From contig CAWFEP010000001.1 in assembly GCA_963814845.1 (NCBI GenBank), forward strand, positions 82,932 to 146,931: a DNA stretch of 64,000 nucleotides, in the 5' to 3' direction. Under the pieces are notes generated by a model, which worked only from the letters and a program-made list of their open reading frames with translations, did not search any database and was not told where the DNA came from. How positions within the stretch are numbered: position 1 is the first letter of the stretch; each line of letters opens with the position of its first letter. Origin of the DNA: an uncultured Actinomycetota bacterium. Lineage in GTDB: Bacteria; Actinomycetota; Actinomycetes; JAFAQI01. Both the position numbers and the translations under genes were made by a program. Positions 38,141 through 48,515 of this stretch are shown here, in pieces.

Positions 38141-39337
38141 GTGGCCGGTTCGTGGCATGCTCCCGGCGTGAGCGAAGCGCCATTTTCGAACTACCAGAAC
38201 GAGATCTACCTCAACGGCATGGTGGGGATCCTGCCCGACCTGCCCCTCGAGCCAGGGTTGCTGGAGGCGGCCGCCCGCGAGCGGTTCGAGCCGAAGGCAT
38301 TCGGCTACGTCGCAGGCAGCGCGGGCACCGAGTCGACCGCTCGTGCCAACCGCGAGGCGTTCGCGAGATGGCAGATCGTGCCCCGGTTCCTGCGCGACGT
38401 CTCGGTGCGTGACCTGTCGACCGAGGTTCTGGGTACCCAATTGCCGGCTCCGATCGCGCTCGCCCCGGTTGGCGTGCAGGGAATCGTGCATCCGGATGCC
38501 GAGCTCGCGGTGGCGAAGGCCGCCGCAAGCCTCCGGGTGCCGATCGCACTGTCGACCCTTTCGTCCTACCGACTCGAGGATGTCGCGGTCGCAGGCGGCG
38601 ACTCGCCTCGTTGGTTCCAGCTGTATTGGCCGAAGGATCGCGACGTGGGAGCGTCACTGCTCGCCCGCGCGAAGGCGGCCGGGTTCACCGCCCTCTTGGT
38701 CACTCTCGACACGTTCATCTTGGCCTGGCGGCCACGAGACCTGGCCCATGCGTATCTGCCTTTCCTGCACCGACTGGGCTTGGCGAACTACGAATCGGAT
38801 CCAGCGTTCCTGGCCGGTCTGGACAAGACGCCGGACGAGGACCCGACCGCGTCTGTCTTGCATTGGCAGGCGATGTTCGGCGATCCGAGGAACACCTGGG
38901 CAGACCTCGCCTGGGTGCGGGAGCACTGGGACGGGCCAATCGCGCTGAAGGGGGTGCTGCACCCCGACGACGCGCGCCGCGCCGTCGACGCCGGTATGGA
39001 CGGCATGATCGTGTCGAACCATGGCGGTCGCCAGATCGACGGCGAAATCGCCTCTCTCGACGCTCTGCCAGGGGTGGTTGCGGCCGTTGCCGGCCGGGCT
39101 GAGGTGCTCCTCGACTCGGGCGTACGGACCGGCTCAGATGTGCTGAAGGCGCTCGCGTTGGGCGCGAAAGCGGTCCTGATCGGCCGCCCTTACATCTACG
39201 GGCTGGGGCTTGGCGGCGAGGACGGCGTGCGCCACGTCCTGCGAACTTTGCTTGCTGAGCTTGACCTCTCAATGGCACTTGCCGGCTGCGCGAACGTCGC
39301 CGATGTCGGGCCGGAGCTGCTGACCCATATACCGTGA
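38141..39337 (+). CDS. FMN-dependent alpha-hydroxy-acid oxidase family (lactate 2-monooxygenase-like)
   Basis: 398 aa with YQNEIYLNG, FARWQIVPR, WFQLYWPKD, ALLVTLDT, IVSNHGGRQID and DSGVRTGSDVLKALALGA. An alternative GTG start lies at 38168. Confidence 0.85.
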   Translation: MAGSWHAPGVSEAPFSNYQNEIYLNGMVGILPDLPLEPGLLEAAARERFEPKAFGYVAGSAGTESTARANREAFARWQIVPRFLRDVSVRDLSTEVLGTQLPAPIALAPVGVQGIVHPDAELAVAKAAASLRVPIALSTLSSYRLEDVAVAGGDSPRWFQLYWPKDRDVGASLLARAKAAGFTALLVTLDTFILAWRPRDLAHAYLPFLHRLGLANYESDPAFLAGLDKTPDEDPTASVLHWQAMFGDPRNTWADLAWVREHWDGPIALKGVLHPDDARRAVDAGMDGMIVSNHGGRQIDGEIASLDALPGVVAAVAGRAEVLLDSGVRTGSDVLKALALGAKAVLIGRPYIYGLGLGGEDGVRHVLRTLLAELDLSMALAGCANVADVGPELLTHIP

Positions 39338-39341
39338 TCGC

Positions 39342-40202
39342 GTGGCGGACTCATCGGCTGGCCTCGCCGGCTTGCGGTTCCGGCGACTCCACGAAGGCAC
39401 CAGGGTCCGCACGGCCAACGGCCAGCCGATCGTGGATCGGCTGTATGACATCTGGGATCGCCGGGATGTCCTTCGCATGCTCACCGACCGCGGGCTGCGG
39501 CATAAGTACGCCGGATCCTTCCTTGGCTATGCCTGGTCGCTGCTCGAGCCGGCCATGCTCATCGCGACGTACTTCGTCCTGCTGAAGATCTTCCACCGCA
39601 GCTATCCGATGTACCCGCTGTTCATCGGCTCAGCCATCTTGCCGTGGTCGTGGTTCTCCTCAACGGTCCTGTCCTCGACCGGGACGCTTCGGGCAAACTC
39701 CCGGTTGATCACCTCGATCGCGCTGCCGCGGGAGATCTACCCGCTCGCTGACGTCGCAGTGAAGACGGTCGAATACATCCTCAGCCTCCCGATCCTGCTG
39801 GTCGTCGCTTGGCTGTATGGGGTTCGCCCGTCCGGCTATGTCTTCGCCTGGCCGCTCGTATTCGTGCTCGAGCTGATGATTTGCGTCGGCATGTCACTGC
39901 TGGTGTCGTCGCTGAACACCGTGCTGCGCGACATCGAGCAGGGCATCGGCATCGTCATCCGGCTGCTGTTCTACATGGTCCCGGTGCTCTACCCGTTGAG
40001 CCGCCTCAAGGGACGGTTGCGAACGCTGGACTCGTACAACCCGATGACGGGGATCATCGAGGTCAACCGAGCTGTGTGGGTGCCGGGCTACTGGACCAGC
40101 TGGCGGCCGGTCTACTTCTCGGTGATTGGCGCGTTTGTCATCTTGATAGCCGGTTTCTCGATCTTCGCTCGGGTCGAGCGCGCGGTTCTCAAGGAGCTGT
40201 GA
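39342..40202 (+). CDS. ABC-2 type polysaccharide/teichoic-acid export permease (TagG/Wzm-like)
   Basis: 286 aa. RHKYAGSFLGYAWSLLEPAMLIATYFVLL, then six TM segments and LNTVLRDIEQGIGIVIRLLFYMVPVLYP. This is the typical ABC-2 exporter signature. Confidence 0.85.
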   Translation: MADSSAGLAGLRFRRLHEGTRVRTANGQPIVDRLYDIWDRRDVLRMLTDRGLRHKYAGSFLGYAWSLLEPAMLIATYFVLLKIFHRSYPMYPLFIGSAILPWSWFSSTVLSSTGTLRANSRLITSIALPREIYPLADVAVKTVEYILSLPILLVVAWLYGVRPSGYVFAWPLVFVLELMICVGMSLLVSSLNTVLRDIEQGIGIVIRLLFYMVPVLYPLSRLKGRLRTLDSYNPMTGIIEVNRAVWVPGYWTSWRPVYFSVIGAFVILIAGFSIFARVERAVLKEL

Positions 40203-40205
40203 CGC

Positions 40206-40946
40206 GTGGCAGATGCCATCGTGGTCTCCAATGTGGGGATCAAGTTCGCGCTGAACCGTCGGCGACGGATCGGGGTCAAGAACCTCCTGATCGAGGGGTC
40301 GAAAGCGGCGACCGGCAGCGGGGAGTACTGGCCGTTTCGCAACGTGTCATTCCGCGTGGCCAAGGGCGAATCCGTCGGCGTCGTTGGCCGCAACGGCTGT
40401 GGCAAGAGCACGCTGCTTCGGCTGGTCGCCGGAGTGATGCTGCCGGACGAGGGCATGATCCGCGTCAACGGTGGCGTCGGCGCAATGATCGAGCTGTCAG
40501 CCGGATTTGTCGGTGATCTGACCGCCCGGGAGAACGTGTATCTGATCTCCTCGCTGCACGGCTTCTCCCGAGAGCAGACCGATGAGCGATTCGACGACAT
40601 CATGCAGTGGGCGGGCGTCGAGCGATTCGTCGACACCCCCGTCATGCACTTCTCCAGCGGCATGCGGGCGCGCTTGGCGTTCTCGATCGTGACCCGGATG
40701 GAAGAGCCGATCCTGCTGGTCGATGAGGTGTTGGCGGTCGGCGACAAGGCTTTCCGACGCAAGTGTGGCGTGGTGATCGACCGCATGCTCGGTGACGGCC
40801 GCACGATGTTGCTCGTCTCCCACAACGAGAGCGATCTGCGCCGCTGGTGCACGAGGGGGATCTACCTGCGCCGCGAGCAGCCGCCCATCAAGGGTCCGAT
40901 CGAGGAGATCCTGGAGATGTACCTCGAGGACGACGACAACACGTGA
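40206..40946 (+). CDS. ABC transporter ATP-binding protein (TagH/Wzt-like)
   Basis: 246 aa with Walker A GRNGCGKSTLL, signature FSSGMRARLAF and Walker B ILLVDEVLAVGD. Confidence 0.9.
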   Translation: MADAIVVSNVGIKFALNRRRRIGVKNLLIEGSKAATGSGEYWPFRNVSFRVAKGESVGVVGRNGCGKSTLLRLVAGVMLPDEGMIRVNGGVGAMIELSAGFVGDLTARENVYLISSLHGFSREQTDERFDDIMQWAGVERFVDTPVMHFSSGMRARLAFSIVTRMEEPILLVDEVLAVGDKAFRRKCGVVIDRMLGDGRTMLLVSHNESDLRRWCTRGIYLRREQPPIKGPIEEILEMYLEDDDNT

Positions 40947-41743
40947 GTACGGATCAGGACGATTCGGCCAAGCGTCCGACGCTCGAGGAACTTCGCCGGG
41001 TTGCGCAACCGGACGCGGTGGTTCGCCGAACGAGCGGCGAGCACTGGGTCGGCAAGTTGTATATGCGCCATGTCTCGATCCGGCTGACCCGACTCGTCGT
41101 GCCGACGCGGGTCTCACCCGATGGCCTGACCTGGGTGATGATCGCGTGCGGCATCGGCGCGGCACTCGTGATGACGATTCCGCACGTGTGGTCTGCGGTC
41201 CTCGCCGTTTTGCTGATCCAGCTTCAGTGCCTGGCCGATTGCATGGATGGCGAACTGGCTAGATGGCGCCACCGCACGGGTCCGGTCGGCATCTATCTCG
41301 ACCGGCTGGGTCACTACGTCACCGACGCGGGCCTGGCGGTCGCAGTCGGTGTGCACGCCGACGGCGGTCTCGGCTCAATCGGCGGCTGGACAACCGTCGG
41401 CCTGGCGGCTGGCTTCCTGAGCCTGCTGACGAAAGCCGAAACCGATCTCGTCCACGTGGCTCGGGCGCAGAGTGGTCGGGGACCGATCGCCGACACCGCC
41501 GCGGCCGCCGCGTCGCACAAGTCATTGTTGCGTCGGCTGCGATCACTGGCGGGTGCCCTGCCGTTCAACCGGGCCCTGCTCGCGATGGAGTTGTGCATGC
41601 TCGCCGTGCTCGCGTCGGTGATCGATGCGATCCGGGGTGATCTGAGTGCCACTCGGGTCCTCGACGTGGCGCTGCTCGTCATCGCCGGCATCGTCGTCGT
41701 TGGGCATCTGCTCGCCACAATCACCTCGGACCGGCTCCGATGA
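40943..41743 (+). CDS. CDP-alcohol phosphatidyltransferase family membrane protein
   Basis: From the GTG at 40943, which overlaps the upstream stop. ADCMDGELARWRHRTGPVGIYLDRLGH matches D-x2-D-G-x2-A-R-x8-G-x3-D-x3-[D], with His in the last position. Multiple TM segments follow. Confidence 0.8.
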   Translation: MSTDQDDSAKRPTLEELRRVAQPDAVVRRTSGEHWVGKLYMRHVSIRLTRLVVPTRVSPDGLTWVMIACGIGAALVMTIPHVWSAVLAVLLIQLQCLADCMDGELARWRHRTGPVGIYLDRLGHYVTDAGLAVAVGVHADGGLGSIGGWTTVGLAAGFLSLLTKAETDLVHVARAQSGRGPIADTAAAAASHKSLLRRLRSLAGALPFNRALLAMELCMLAVLASVIDAIRGDLSATRVLDVALLVIAGIVVVGHLLATITSDRLR

Positions 41744-42600
41744 CATCAGTCGGGTGTGTCGTGCTGAGCCAGGGCACGCGACCAGCCGAGCTCGCCAAAG
41801 CGCTCAACTCGGTCCTTGCCCAAAAGGGTGTCGACGTCGACTGTCTCGTGGTCGGCAACGGGTGGTCGCCGGCCAACCTGCCCGCCGGAGTTCGCTCACT
41901 CACCTTGGCTGAGAATGCTGGCATCCCGGAGGCGCGCAACATCGGTGCGGCCGACGTCACGGGCGATGTCCTGCTCTTCCTCGATGATGACGCCGCGTTG
42001 GACGGCGACGACATGCTGGCCCGGGCGGTGGCGGCGTTCGATGCTGATCCCAAACTGGGAGTGCTGCAGCCACGCGCGGTCGATCCCACCGGCGCTCCGA
42101 CCGCTCGCCGTCACGTGCCCCGCTTGGGAGCAGCAGGTCCGACCAGATCAGGCGATGTGGCCTGGTTCTGGGAGGGCGCGTCGATGATCCGGCGGGCGGC
42201 CTTCGATGCGGCCGGCGGCTGGCCCGGGGCGTTCTTCTATGGTCACGAGGGCATCGAGGTCGCGTGGCGGGTCATCGACGCCGGCTATCGAGTGCATTTT
42301 GCCGCCGATCTGATCGTCCTGAACCCCGAGGCTGACCCGTTCCGCGGGCCGCGTCACCAGTACATGAACGCCCGCAATCGCGTCTGGGTCGCTCGCCGAA
42401 ACCTGCCGGCGCCGCTCCTCGTCGGCTACCTGGCGGTGTGGGGAGCGGCGACCGTGCTGCGGGCGCGCAGCCTGGCCGATCTGCGGGACATCTCGCGAGG
42501 CTTCCTGGCCGGCGCTCGGCAGCCCTGCGGTCGGCGGCGACCGATCCGCTGGCGCACGGCGTGGCAGCTCACGCGGCTGGGTCGACCGCCGTTCGTCTAG
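41740..42600 (+). CDS. family 2 glycosyltransferase
   Basis: 286 aa. VVLSQGTRPAELAKALNSV, NAGIPEARNIGA, LLFLDDDA (DxD) and GASMIRRAAF are typical GT-A/GT2 features. ATGA overlap with the upstream gene. Confidence 0.8.
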   Translation: MTSVGCVVLSQGTRPAELAKALNSVLAQKGVDVDCLVVGNGWSPANLPAGVRSLTLAENAGIPEARNIGAADVTGDVLLFLDDDAALDGDDMLARAVAAFDADPKLGVLQPRAVDPTGAPTARRHVPRLGAAGPTRSGDVAWFWEGASMIRRAAFDAAGGWPGAFFYGHEGIEVAWRVIDAGYRVHFAADLIVLNPEADPFRGPRHQYMNARNRVWVARRNLPAPLLVGYLAVWGAATVLRARSLADLRDISRGFLAGARQPCGRRRPIRWRTAWQLTRLGRPPFV

Positions 42601-42655
42601 CGCCCGCGACGAACGGCCTGCCGCCCGATGCGCCGGGCGGTAGGCTGCGCGCCTG

Positions 42656-44125
42656 ATGGCACCGAGTGAGAAAAGGCTGCGGACAGTGGGGGTTGTCCTC
42701 GCTGGCGGCGTCGGCGAGCGCGTCGGGCTCGACTTTCCGAAGCAGCTGTTGAAGATCGCCGGAAAGCCGATCATCGAGCACACCCTCGCCGCGTTCGAGG
42801 CGGCGGCCGAGATCGACGAGGTCCTGGTCATGATGACTCCGGGCTATGTCGACGACGTGCATGCGATCGTCGCCGATCGAGACTTTCGCAAGGTCACCGC
42901 TGTCCTTGAGGGTGGCGAGACCCGCAACGACACGACAAAGCTGGCACTCGACCAGCTCGGGACCAGCGAGTGCAACGTGCTCTTCCACGATGCGGTCCGG
43001 CCGCTGGTCAGCAGTCGAATCGTCCGGGAGTGCGTCAACGCGCTGCGGCATTTCGATGCCGTCGATGTGGCGATCGCCTCAGCCGACACGATCGTTGTGG
43101 TCGACGCAGACGGCGACGTCATCACCGACATCCCTGACCGCAGCCACCTCCGCCGCGGCCAGACGCCGCAGGGCTTCAAGCTCTCGGTGATCCGGCGAGC
43201 GTACGAGCTGGCCTGGCAGGACTCGGATTTCGCCTCGACAGACGATTGCAGCGTCGTGCTGAAATACCTGCCCGATGTGGCGATTCACGTCGTCGAAGGG
43301 TCCGAGCAGAACATGAAGGTGACCGCGCCGGTCGACCTGTTCATCGCCGACAAGCTTTTCCAGCTGAGCTCGTCGACGGTGGAACGACTGTCGAGTGTGG
43401 AGGAGTACGCCGAGCTCCTGCGCGGCCGGGTGGCAGTGATTTTCGGTGGTAGCTATGGCATTGGCGGCGAGATGGCATCGCTGCTCGAGGAGTACGGCGC
43501 GACGGTCTTCGCGTTCAGCCGCTCGGCGACGAACACTCACGTAGAAGATCCGCGCGACGTCGAAGCGGCGCTCGGCCAAGTGCACGACGAGACCGGCCGA
43601 ATCGACTACATCGTCGTTACCGCTGGGGTGCTGACAACCGGCCCGCTGTCCGGCACGGATGACTCGACCGTGGCCGAGATGATCGGTGTCAACTACATCG
43701 CGCCGGTGCAGATCGCGCGGCTCGGTATCGGCTATCTCGAAGAGACCAAAGGCCAGCTGCTGCTGTTCACCTCGAGCAGCTATACGCGTGGCCGGGCTGG
43801 CTACAGCTTGTATTCGTCGAGCAAGGCTGCTGTGGTCAATCTCACGCAGGCGCTCTCCGATGAGTGGCTCGATGTCGGGGTGCGGGTCAACTGCATCAAC
43901 CCCGAGCGCACAGCGACTCCGATGCGCACCAGGGCGTTTGGCTCCGAGCCGATTACCGACCTGCTCGAGGCAACCGAGGTGGCGCAGACCTCCGTCGATG
44001 TGCTGGTGTCAGACGTCACCGGACAGGTCATTGATGTCCGCCGCCCGGCACCGACGATCGCCGCGACCATCACGGCGGCGCTGGCAACGGAGGTCGAGGC
44101 GGCCCGCAAGCACGGAGCGTCGTGA
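42656..44125 (+). CDS. bifunctional IspD/TarI-like cytidylyltransferase + SDR reductase (Bcs1-like CDP-ribitol synthase candidate)
   Basis: 489 aa. The N-terminal half (VGVVLAGGVGERVG..PKQLLKIAGKPIIEHT, HDAVRP, RGQTPQGF) is an IspD/TarI nucleotidyltransferase. The C-terminal half (VAVIFGGSYGIGGEMA, YSSSKAAV with YxxxK, NCINPERT) is a short-chain dehydrogenase. Confidence 0.8.
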   Translation: MAPSEKRLRTVGVVLAGGVGERVGLDFPKQLLKIAGKPIIEHTLAAFEAAAEIDEVLVMMTPGYVDDVHAIVADRDFRKVTAVLEGGETRNDTTKLALDQLGTSECNVLFHDAVRPLVSSRIVRECVNALRHFDAVDVAIASADTIVVVDADGDVITDIPDRSHLRRGQTPQGFKLSVIRRAYELAWQDSDFASTDDCSVVLKYLPDVAIHVVEGSEQNMKVTAPVDLFIADKLFQLSSSTVERLSSVEEYAELLRGRVAVIFGGSYGIGGEMASLLEEYGATVFAFSRSATNTHVEDPRDVEAALGQVHDETGRIDYIVVTAGVLTTGPLSGTDDSTVAEMIGVNYIAPVQIARLGIGYLEETKGQLLLFTSSSYTRGRAGYSLYSSSKAAVVNLTQALSDEWLDVGVRVNCINPERTATPMRTRAFGSEPITDLLEATEVAQTSVDVLVSDVTGQVIDVRRPAPTIAATITAALATEVEAARKHGAS

Positions 44126-45910
44126 CCGAGCCAATCCCCAAATCTGTTGCTCGCCACCACCAGCCGAACCGCGCGTCGCGGCTGACCGGGCTGGTCGCGC
44201 TCGCGAGCTATGCCGTTCTCGCTGTTGCCGGCGTCTTCGGCTGGGCGGTCACGGCACTGGTCGCCGTGGTGGTGAGCCAGGGCACTGATCTGTCGATCGC
44301 GTCGACCGACGACCTCCGAGCGGCGCTGGCACGCGGCCAGTTCGGCGTCGCGACGAGATCAGTAGTTCGCGAGCTCTCGATCGTCATGCTCGTCCTCGGC
44401 GCTGGCTGGGCGAGCCGCACGGACCGGCGGATCGGCGCGCTGGGCGTGTTGGCGGTTACCGGGCTTCGACTGCTGTATCAGCTCGTTCTGGTCCTCGTCC
44501 GGCGACGCGCGGTGTTGCCGGTTGAGACGCTGAACATCGACCTGGCTGGCATTCACGCGCCACCAGCACTGCCCGTTGTCATGCAACGCCGCATTTCCGA
44601 GCGGTTTCACGGCCTGTCGTCGGTCGCGCTCGTTGGAGCGACGGTTGCGGTCATCGCCGCGCAGCCGTCGGTGCTCTTTGTCGTGGTTGGCGCAGTCCTG
44701 CTGGTTGAGCTGGCAGCGGTCGCCGCGGCGCTTGCCTGGTTGGTGCGATCCCGTGGGGCAACCATCCGGGATGCGTACCTGGCGGCGGTGCACCAGAAGG
44801 TCAAAGCACTGCATTCGCAGGTGATGCTCTACCACGCAGGTGCCGAGGACTCGGCCTACCAAGTCAACATGTGGCTGCCGGTGGTGGAGCGGATCGGTCG
44901 ACCCGCGCTGGTCGTGCTGCGGGAACGTCCCTCTTTCGAGCAGCTCGCGCCGACATCGCTCCCCGTCGTCTTCATCCCTGGCGCCGTGGAGTTCATGACG
45001 TTCTCGCTGCCTGAGGTGCGAGTGGCGTTGTACACAGCGAACGTCGGCAAGACGATTCACATGCTGCGCGAGCCAGGCGTGCGACACGTCTTCGTCGGCC
45101 ACGGCGACAGCGACAAGACGGCGTCGTTCAACCCGTTCAGCAAGGTCTACTCCGAGATCTGGGTGGCCGGCAAGGGCGGTCGCGACCGCTATCGGCGTGC
45201 GGCCGTCGGCATTCGCGATGAGGACATCGTCGAGGTCGGTCGGCCTCAGCTCGACGACATCCGAGTCGGGTCCGGCAGCGTCGGTGACCGACTGCTGACC
45301 GTTCTCTACGCACCGACGTGGGAGGGCTGGACCGCCGACCCCGCCCATACGTCGTTGATCCGGACCGGGCCTGAATCTGGTTGAGCGGTTGGTTGGTTTG
45401 CCTAACGTCCGGGTGATCTACAAGCCTCATCCGTTCACCGGGACGGTGAGTGCTGCGGCCGCTGCTGCGGATGCGGCGATCCGGGCGGTCGTGGCGCGGG
45501 CGGGTGGCGGCAACGTGACTGTCACCGGGCCGTCGCCGACGCTCTACGAGTGCTTCAACGATGCCGACCTGCTCGTTGCTGACATCTCGAGTGTGCTCAG
45601 CGACTTCATCTATAGCGAGAAGCCCTATGCCGTGCCGAATCTCACCGGGCTGAGTGACGCAGAGTTCCGGGTGCAATATCCGAGTGCCGGGACGGCGTAC
45701 TTGCTCGACGCCGATGGCGACGGGATCGCAGCGATTCTTGCGCTGGTGCGCGGCGATGATCCGCTCGCGGCCGAGCGTCGCACTCTCAAGCACTACCTGT
45801 TGGGTCCGGCCGAGCCAAGCTCGATGGCGCGATTCATCGCGGCCGTCGACACCGCCTACGACCTCGCCGTGTCCCAGTCACGGACCAGGGTTGCTGCCGG
45901 TCTCGAATAA
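44122..45910 (+). pseudogene. TagF-like CDP-alditol/glycerol phosphotransferase with N-terminal multi-TM domain, one frameshift
   Basis: The 420-aa ORF (TM-rich N-terminus, then HVFVGHGDSDKTASFNPFSKVYSEIWVAGKGGRDRY...VLYAPTWEGW...SLIRTG) stops at 45384. The +1 frame continues collinearly with LNLVERLVGLPNVRVIYKPHPFTG...LLVADISSVLSDFIYSEKPY. The intact paralog at 54152-55877 is continuous across this point. The junction is near 45369. Confidence 0.8.
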
Positions 45911-45916
45911 GGATCG

Positions 45917-46096
45917 TTACGCCCGCGTGCGGGTGCCTTTGACGAGGCCGCTTGCCACCCACGGTGACAGGGGTTGTCGAAGATCGGGCTGCTCGCTCGC
46001 TGAGTCAGCCGCCGCGCGGGCACTGAGCACTGCGACCAGCGCGGCAAGCTCCTCGGGCTCGGGCATGCCGCCATGGACGATTCGCAGCTCGGTCAT
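45917..46096 (-). CDS. acyl-CoA carboxylase epsilon subunit
   Basis: 59 aa from the ATG at 46096, in ATGA overlap with the beta-subunit stop. [29 protein letters not shown]... matches the pattern of actinobacterial AccE. Confidence 0.75.
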   Translation of the reverse strand: MTELRIVHGGMPEPEELAALVAVLSARAAADSASEQPDLRQPLSPWVASGLVKGTRTRA

Positions 46097-47679
46097 AGCG
46101 GGATGTTCCCGTGCTTCTTCGGCGGGAGCGATTCGCGCTTGGTGCGGAGCAGCCGAAGCGCTTGGATCACCTCGCGGCGCGTGGCCGACGGGCGGATCAC
46201 GGCGTCGATGTAGCCGCGCTCGGCGGCGATGTAGGGGTTGGCGAAGTGGTCCTCGTAGTCGGCGACGAGCTCGGCCCGCTTGGCCTCGGGCTCCGCAACG
46301 TCGACAAGTGCCCGGCGGTGCAGGATGTTGACCGCGCCTTGTGCGCCCATGACGGCGATCTCGGCGGTGGGCCAGGCGAGGTTGACGTCCGCGCGCAGAT
46401 GCTTCGAGCCCATGACGTCGTACGCACCGCCGTATGCCTTGCGGGTGATGACCGTGACCTTGGGCACTGTCGCCTCGGCGTAGGCGTAGAGCAGCTTGGC
46501 CCCGCGACGGATGATGCCATTCCATTCCTGCGCGGTGCCGGGCAGGAAGCCGGGGACGTCAACGAAGGTGAGAACTGGCACGTTGAATGCGTCACAGGTG
46601 CGGACGAACCTCGCGGCCTTCTCGGAGGAGTCAATGTCGAGCGTGCCGGCGAAGTGCATCGGTTGGTTGGCGACGATCCCGACGGCATGACCATCGATTC
46701 GCGCAAAGCCGCAGACGATGTTCGGAGCGAACAATGCGTGTGATTGCAGGAACTCTCCGCCGTCGACGACATGCTCAATCACGGTCGTGATGTCGTACGG
46801 CTGGTTGGACGAGTCCGGGATGAACGTGTCGAGGAAGTTGTCCGGCTCGAGGGTGTCGAGGTCCTCGCCGTCGTAGGACGGTGGCGTCTCCATGTTGTTG
46901 TTCGGCAAGAAGGACAGCAGCGCGCGGGTCAACTCGAGCGCTTCGGGCTCGTCGGCCGACATGAAGTGCGCCACGCCGGACTTGGTGTTGTGGGTGCGGG
47001 CGCCACCGAGCTCTTCCATCGTCACGTCTTCGCCAGTCACGGTCTTGATGACGTCCGGACCGGTAATGAACATGTGCGACGTCTGATCGACCATGATCGT
47101 GAAGTCGGTGATTGCAGGGGAGTAGACGGCCCCGCCCGCGCACGGGCCCATGATGAGCGAGATCTGCGGGACCACTCCGGAGGCCATCACGTTGCGATAG
47201 AAGATCTCGGCGTAGAGGCCGAGGGCGACAACTCCCTCCTGGATTCGCGCGCCGCCGGAGTCGTTGATGCCGACAACCGGGCAGCCGGTCCTCATCGCAA
47301 GGTCCATCACCTTGCAGATCTTCTCGCCGAGGACTTCACCGAGTGAGCCGCCAAAGACGGTGAAGTCCTGACTGAAGACACAGACCTGGCGGCCGTGGAT
47401 GGTGCCGTACCCAGTGACGACGCCATCGCCATATGGCCGGCTCTCCTGCATGTCGAAGTCGTGCGCTCGATGCCGCGCGAGCGCGTCGAGCTCGACGAAC
47501 GAGCCCTCGTCGAGCAGTGCGGCGATGCGCTCTCGGGCGGTCATCTTGCCCTTGGCATGCTGCTTGTCAATCGCGCGCTGCGTGCCGGCATGGACCGCTT
47601 CGTCGGTGCGGTGCTCGAACTCTGCGATCCGGGCGGCAGTGGTCCGCGGTTTGGGCGTCTCGTCAGGTTGGGCGCTCAT
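46093..47679 (-). CDS. acyl-CoA carboxylase carboxyltransferase beta subunit (propionyl-CoA carboxylase type)
   Basis: 528 aa with [74 protein letters not shown] and [11 protein letters not shown]. Confidence 0.95.
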   Translation of the reverse strand: MSAQPDETPKPRTTAARIAEFEHRTDEAVHAGTQRAIDKQHAKGKMTARERIAALLDEGSFVELDALARHRAHDFDMQESRPYGDGVVTGYGTIHGRQVCVFSQDFTVFGGSLGEVLGEKICKVMDLAMRTGCPVVGINDSGGARIQEGVVALGLYAEIFYRNVMASGVVPQISLIMGPCAGGAVYSPAITDFTIMVDQTSHMFITGPDVIKTVTGEDVTMEELGGARTHNTKSGVAHFMSADEPEALELTRALLSFLPNNNMETPPSYDGEDLDTLEPDNFLDTFIPDSSNQPYDITTVIEHVVDGGEFLQSHALFAPNIVCGFARIDGHAVGIVANQPMHFAGTLDIDSSEKAARFVRTCDAFNVPVLTFVDVPGFLPGTAQEWNGIIRRGAKLLYAYAEATVPKVTVITRKAYGGAYDVMGSKHLRADVNLAWPTAEIAVMGAQGAVNILHRRALVDVAEPEAKRAELVADYEDHFANPYIAAERGYIDAVIRPSATRREVIQALRLLRTKRESLPPKKHGNIPL

Positions 47680-47699
47680 GAAGCCGTAGCGTACGGCGG

Positions 47700-48512
47700 A
47701 TGACCTCGCGGTGGAGCGACCTCGAGCGCCCGCCGTTGTCCGTGGCGCGGCTGCAGCGAGCCCTCGACCGCGGCCCGGTGTGGCGGGAGATCAGGGTCGT
47801 AGGGACCGCCGCGTCGACCAACGCCGACGCGGCCGCCGCGGCTCGCGCGGGTGAAGCGGAGGGGCTCGTCATCATCGCCGAGCAGCAGAGCGCCGGGCGG
47901 GGTCGGCTGGACCGGACCTGGTCCTCACCCGCTCGCGCAGGTGTGTTGATGTCCGCCCTGCTGCGGCCGACTGTAGGCGTCGCCGCCTGGCCGCTAATCC
48001 CGTTGCTGAGCGGGCTCGCTGTTGTCGAGGCGATGGAGGGCGTGGCACAGGTCGAGGCGACGCTGAAGTGGCCGAACGATGTGCTCCTTGATGACAAGAA
48101 GCTCGGCGGCATTCTGGTCGAGCGGGTCGATGACGCCGTCATCGTCGGAATCGGGCTCAACGTCTCGACCCGGGCCGCCGAGCTGCCGGTCGAGTCGGCC
48201 ACCAGCTTGGCGCTTGCTGGCGGCGCGACCGACCGGGAGATCATCGTCAAGGAGATGCTGCGAGCCCTCGCTCGCCGCTACCTGGCGTGGCTCGACACGG
48301 GTGGGTCGTCGACCTCGGTCATCCCGGCATATCGCGAGCGGTGCGAGACGATTGGGCGCCAGGTCGAGCTGCAACTGCCAGGGGGAGATGTCGTGCGGGG
48401 CGTGGCGACCGGAGTCGATGACAGTGGGCGCCTCGTCGTTCGCGACGAGGCAACCGGCGCCGAGCACGCCTGGCTCGTCGGAGACGTCACCCACGTGCGA
48501 AAGGTGAGCTGA
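47700..48512 (+). CDS. birA: biotin--[acetyl-CoA-carboxylase] ligase
   Basis: 270 aa with [18 protein letters not shown] (GRGRxxR motif) and [18 protein letters not shown]. It is divergent from the carboxylase genes. Confidence 0.9.
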   Translation: MTSRWSDLERPPLSVARLQRALDRGPVWREIRVVGTAASTNADAAAAARAGEAEGLVIIAEQQSAGRGRLDRTWSSPARAGVLMSALLRPTVGVAAWPLIPLLSGLAVVEAMEGVAQVEATLKWPNDVLLDDKKLGGILVERVDDAVIVGIGLNVSTRAAELPVESATSLALAGGATDREIIVKEMLRALARRYLAWLDTGGSSTSVIPAYRERCETIGRQVELQLPGGDVVRGVATGVDDSGRLVVRDEATGAEHAWLVGDVTHVRKVS

Positions 48513-48515
48513 GGG

